Below are positions 59,612 to 64,000 of a stretch of 64,000 bases of DNA, piece by piece (position 1 is the stretch's first letter; the number at the start of each line of letters is the position of its first letter). The notes under the pieces are model-generated. The model worked only from the letters and a program-made list of their open reading frames with translations, ran no database searches and was not told where the DNA came from. This DNA is from Selaginella moellendorffii. Lineage: Eukaryota > Plantae > Lycopodiophyta. Made by a program: the position numbers and the translations under genes. The stretch spans positions 3,604,559 through 3,668,558 of the forward strand of contig NW_003314268.1 in NCBI RefSeq assembly GCF_000143415.4. Direction: 5' to 3'.

Positions 59612-60373
59612 TCACTCTTCTTCCAGCAAAGTCCGCAATCCCTGTGTGTTTCGTAGCTCCAGATAGTGCTCGTAAACCTTCTGCGCCTCGTCTAGCAGCC
59701 CAGCCTCCTCGAACTTCCTGGTGAGGTACATGTAGAAGCGGACGTCCTTCCGGCACGTCGAGGCATGCATCCGGTTGTAGAGCCTCATGCACGCATCGAA
59801 GTCGTTGCTGCTCACGCACGCTTGGATGGGAGTCTGGAACGAGAAAACATTTGGAATGAGCCCCTCCTCCTCCGATTCATCCAGCAGCTGGAAAATCCTC
59901 TCCATCGCCTTGGAATCCAATCTCTCGCTGTAGGCAGTGATGAGATGCAAGTAGAGCGATGCCTGTGGCTTGTACCAGCTTTCCTTCCGGACCAAGCCAA
60001 AAATCTGCCAAGTTCCAATGGACAAACACGACATTTTGATAAGGAATCCCAGCTCTCTTACCAATTCCGCAAGATCCATCTCCTTGGCCCTGACGAAGAC
60101 CCAGAAGAGCGACATGAGCTCCTTCGTCAGCAGCCTAGAAACGGAGGTCCGCAGCACGGATTTGAGCCGGTCAGGATCGCCTTTGGCCTTCTTCATCATG
60201 GTCGCCACACTGACCGTCTCCAAGCTCATGGACGGGATCCGGCGCGTCTCCACCTCCTGCGGCATCAGCAGCCTGCGCTTGATGGAATCGAAAGACCGCT
60301 CCAGCTGCGGCAGATCGTGAAGCGCAGCCCTAGCGCCGCTGCTTAGCGCCCGCGCTTGCCAGAGAATGCGCAT
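59612..60373 (-). CDS. THA8-like small PPR protein D (57-bp in-frame intron at about 60005-60061)
   Basis: SLETVSVATMMKKAK...SRLLTKELMSL...LAEL|IFGLVRKESWYKPQ. Confidence 0.85.
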   Translation of the reverse strand: MRILWQARALSSGARAALHDLPQLERSFDSIKRRLLMPQEVETRRIPSMSLETVSVATMMKKAKGDPDRLKSVLRTSVSRLLTKELMSLFWVFVRAKEMDLAELVRELGFLIKMSCLSIGTWQIFGLVRKESWYKPQASLYLHLITAYSERLDSKAMERIFQLLDESEEEGLIPNVFSFQTPIQACVSSNDFDACMRLYNRMHASTCRKDVRFYMYLTRKFEEAGLLDEAQKVYEHYLELRNTQGLRTLLEEE

Positions 60374-60465
60374 CGCCTGGGCAAACAAGGAGAGGAGCCC
60401 TAGGGTTTACCCTAATCCTCTTTTCCCGCAAATTTTTAAAATTTTAAATTTTAAACTACTCTGTT

Positions 60466-61417
60466 TTAGGTCTTCACAGGGTGGAAGCTTGCCGATTTGA
60501 TGTGATCGAGCTTCCCTTCCGCCGAATACTTCCACGAGATCCTCCTCACTTCATCCGCGCTCACTACCCAATTCACCAGGCACGCGAATTCTTGGCCAGG
60601 ATTCACCTTTCTTGGCACGCAAGCCGTGAATCCATAGGGCATATGGACCACGGAGGCGTGTTCTTCGTCGCAAGCGCTCTTGAATCCTCCCCAGGCTACT
60701 CCTCCTCTTGTCTCCAGTGTCAGATCGCAGGGAAACAACGTCATCTCCTGGCCTACGAATTCCCCGCGCGGCTCCTCCCGGCTCGGCTCCAGAGGAACGG
60801 TGGCGAGTTCGTGCTTCCAGACGCTCCCGTGCCATGAATCTCCCGGGCGCTCGCCCGAATCTCTGGACTCCTCGAGAATCTGAGATGCTGAGACCGATCC
60901 ATCGGTACTGTAGCTAAAGATGATCGCCGCTCTCCCCTCCTTGCCTGGTCGAAGAAGAGATCTAAGACAAGAGAGAAGAATGGAGCTAGATAGAGAGCTC
61001 GCCTGGAAGCATGAAATGGACCTCGGATGGCACGGGCTTGCGGGGGAAATCAATCTCCAGCGGCAGCCAGCCAAGGTCTCCGTTTGGAAAGATGAGCGTC
61101 CGCGACGATGGAACCGCGGGATGGATGATCCCATCGGCGCCGCAGTGATCCTGGCGATTGATGAGCCACGGGCCAAGCATCCAATCCCTGTTGCCGCCCC
61201 TGGGGTCGTACCAATCGTTCTTGTGCAAGACGACCGAGCGATCGTCGGCATGGGACTGGAATGACCTGATGCTGCGATACACCTTGGCGGGGTCGCAGGC
61301 AGAGCTCCCATCGATGCGCCAGTTGACCCAGATGCCGTGGAAGTTCTGCCAGTGGAAATCGTCCATCCATTTCCACAGCTCTTCCGGATCGAGCTTGCGC
61401 GCCTCCGCCACCGCCAT
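60466..61417 (-). CDS. DUF3598-like (cyanobacterial-type beta-barrel) protein; GC-AG intron 61002-60945
   Basis: FHGIW...YRSIRSF...VLHKN, DGIIHPA, MPYGF..VPRKVNPGQEF..W..RRISWKYSAEGKL. The splice joins two ORF-track frames. Confidence 0.65.
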
Positions 61418-61487
61418 AGCCAGACGAGAAAATCTCGTCACTTCCCAGGACTCGAACCCGAGACCTCACCGCATTAGGGCAGAAGAG

Positions 61488-61501
61488 TTTAGGGTTTAGG
61501 G
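61488..61501. promoter_or_regulatory. Tandem telo-box in the shared RPL36/DUF3598 promoter
   Basis: TTTAGGGTTTAGGG just upstream of the RPL36 ATG; telo-boxes are established elements of plant r-protein genes. Confidence 0.7.
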
Positions 61502-61509
61502 ACTGCGCG

Positions 61510-61957
61510 ATGGCGCCCAACGTAGCGAGCAGCGGCATTGCCATCGGCCTCAACAAGGGCCATGCCGTCACCAAGAGGACGCCGGCCAAGCGGCCGATCG
61601 ACATGAAAGGGGTAAGATCTCGCGATTAATCAAGAAATTCTCGAAAATCTCTCGTCTTCCTCTTCGCAGAAAGGCCAGAAGAGGACGCTGTTCGTGAGGA
61701 AGCTCATCCGCGAGGTGGTGGGATTCGCTCCCTACGAGAAGAGGATCACGGAGCTGCTCAAGGTGGGCAAAGACAAGCGCGCGCTCAAGGTCGCCAAGCG
61801 GAAGCTCGGCACCCACCTGAGAGCCAAGAAGAAACGCGAGGAGATGTCCACCGTGTTGAGGAAGATGAGGTGAGCTATGCATTATTGTTCTTCCGCTCTC
61901 GCTTTGCTCACGCGCGTTCTTTGCTTTGCTTTGCTTTCCAGGTCTTCTGGGAAGTGA
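61510..61957 (+). CDS. RPL36: 60S ribosomal protein L36 (eL36), 3 exons
   Basis: [48 protein letters not shown]. Confidence 0.97.
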
Positions 61958-62791
61958 GTGAGACGAATGCTTGTTCTCGAAAAAAGTTTCTTTGAATCAA
62001 ACACGAGTTACTATCTTTTCGATCGAAGAAGCTGAGAACATCCCGACTTTGGCTGTTCTTTTCTCAAAAAACTTTGGCTACCTGTTTGTTCTTTCTCAAA
62101 ACTCTGGCACTGAGTTTTCTTTGTTTTGAAAACCAAATGCCTCGGAAGAACAGCTCGCTGGCAATGATTCCAAGCGCGAAAACAAAGAGCGCGAGCAAGC
62201 ATTGAAGAACACCAGGCATACGTACAGCGCGTTGCCAGGGAACAAGACAACGCGAATGAATGAATTCGGATGGATCGATGAATCGAGGGAGAGCTTTGCA
62301 GCTTCACAAAAATTCCTGGGTGACCACCACCAGGCAGGCATTGCAGCGGTCACGACAGCAGGAGACAAAGCGCCTCAAAATTCTTGCACACCTGTAAGAA
62401 GAAGAAAAAAAAAAACAAACAAAGAATCTCTGTGAGAGATGTAACATCACCACTGTTGACAAAAGCATTTACCTGTGTAGTGTCCTAGTGGGGACGAAGA
62501 TCAAAGGAATCACTACCGAGAAAACATCAGCACTTAAACAACCAAAAAAACGATTTTGGAATCAAGAGAGAGTCCTCACTCACAGGCTGTTTGGAAACCG
62601 ACCTCGCTCGGATTGATTGATTGATTTGCTTTGTCTTTGTTACGTACACACCGATCGAAGCGATCTCTCTTTCCTCCCTTTAATGATCCTTGCTAACCTG
62701 GAACACAGCCAGCCAGCCAGCCAAGAAGATCAGCAAAACACCTGAGGAAGTGAGAGAAGTTTGCACGAGCAAGAAAGAAGAATACCCGAGC

Positions 62792-63898
62792 TTAAATGCT
62801 GCTGGTTGACCACGATGCGATTGGTCTGCCACTACTACTCCTTGTCGTTGCCTCCTCCGCCCGGCCCCCGGCCTCTCGCTTTATTCTCGCATTTACGCTC
62901 TGATCGCCCTCTCTGGCCTCGCACTCCCACAGCGACGGCATTGCCAGGGCGGAGGAGGAGGAGGAAGTGGTGGTCGGGTTTGTGGCGCTGTGCGGGACAT
63001 AAACGCCCTCTTGCGTCGTGCCGTGTGATGGCCTGGCGTTGATGACGCCTGGCGTCGCTTGCATGGAGCTGTAAATCCCCCCCGGCGACGCCGGATCCAT
63101 GAAACTTCCGTGAGACGACGGCGCCGACGATCCTCCTCTCCCCGAGACGTAAGAGAAGCCGCGGAACTCTTCCAGCCTCCTCAAGCTGTATGGCGGCTGG
63201 TAAGTCTGGAAGAATCCTCCACTGGCGCTGCCACCATCGATCGAGAAGCCCCCCGGAGCGCCGCCGTGGTGGCCGAACGAGAGAGCTGATCGCGTGGGCT
63301 GTGGCCGGACGAGCCCCGGCGATGCCCCGAAGTAATCGAACCGGGCTGGCCGGAAGGACGAGGCGAGCATGGGTGGCGGCGCTGGAATGCCGGTCAGGTG
63401 CTGGACCATGGATCGAAAGTTGGCGCTGTCCGCCTCGAGGACCGTGGTCGGGGGACGCCGGGACGCTCTGGATCGCTTCTTGCTCACCTTGGTGGACGTC
63501 GCGCCGGCCGAGGAGGGAGCGTTTAGAACCGAAGAGCCAGCGACTAGAATTCCAGTGCCCGAGTGATGCTCCGCCGCTGTCTCGTCACTGGATGATTTGG
63601 GAAAGCCGGGGGCGAAAGCTCCAGTAGTAGCGCTCGTGTGGAGGAAGCTGGTCGAGGCGTGATCGAAGGTGGACGATTGCGAGGCGACGTTGCTGCCGGC
63701 TTTCAAGAGAGAGGTCATGACGGGATCCCAGCTCTGATCGTCGGATGATTTGTGATCGTGGAGGTGGCCGCTGCTGCTACTCCATGACGGCAATTTGGAG
63801 ACGACCAGCGATCCCGGGGATTGGAGCTCCATCTCTAGAGCCTCGCCCGCCTGGGATTTGAATGCCAGGTTCTCTTGGTACTCAGTCTCCCATCCCAT
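62792..63898 (-). CDS. VQ-motif protein
   Basis: KKRSRASRRPPTTVLEADSANFRSMVQHLTG (FxxxVQxLTG). Start uncertain. Confidence 0.9.
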   Translation of the reverse strand: MGWETEYQENLAFKSQAGEALEMELQSPGSLVVSKLPSWSSSSGHLHDHKSSDDQSWDPVMTSLLKAGSNVASQSSTFDHASTSFLHTSATTGAFAPGFPKSSSDETAAEHHSGTGILVAGSSVLNAPSSAGATSTKVSKKRSRASRRPPTTVLEADSANFRSMVQHLTGIPAPPPMLASSFRPARFDYFGASPGLVRPQPTRSALSFGHHGGAPGGFSIDGGSASGGFFQTYQPPYSLRRLEEFRGFSYVSGRGGSSAPSSHGSFMDPASPGGIYSSMQATPGVINARPSHGTTQEGVYVPHSATNPTTTSSSSSALAMPSLWECEAREGDQSVNARIKREAGGRAEEATTRSSSGRPIASWSTSSI

Positions 63899-64000
63899 GA
63901 TAGAAGAGTGGGAGATCGGTATCTCCTGGCCCAGGCGCAAGGAAAGAGATTACCGCAAACCTGGTTGGACCGATCGATACGATAGAGCTCCCGGATGTGG

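Overview
Eukaryotic, gene-dense plant nuclear DNA with very short introns (about 45-70 bp) and telo-boxes at gene starts. The SS-rich PLS-PPR genes suggest a lycophyte such as Selaginella (inference). Left part: an intact copia retrotransposon inserted into a 2OG-Fe(II) dioxygenase (2OGD) copy. Next to it is a Nodulin-like/NFD4 MFS pseudogene split by a 4.34-kb insert that carries a Fic-domain ORF and a 2OGD. That insert is circularly permuted relative to a second copy at 49.6-52.7 kb. Middle: SRP54 pseudogene, GlnRS, a large conserved ARM-type gene, RH39-like helicase, a P-class PPR, and a G-protein gamma subunit that the ORF track misses. A cluster of four DYW-less PLS-PPR genes is interleaved with four THA8-like small PPR genes at spacings of 10-173 bp. 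This cluster is split by about 17 kb containing gypsy elements (one with a -1 frameshift heptamer and pseudoknot), nested solo-LTR-like inserts, a Dit1/PvcA isocyanide-synthase-like relic and the third 2OGD copy. Right end: DUF3598-like gene, RPL36 and a VQ gene. All family calls come from motif recognition by eye; no searches were run.
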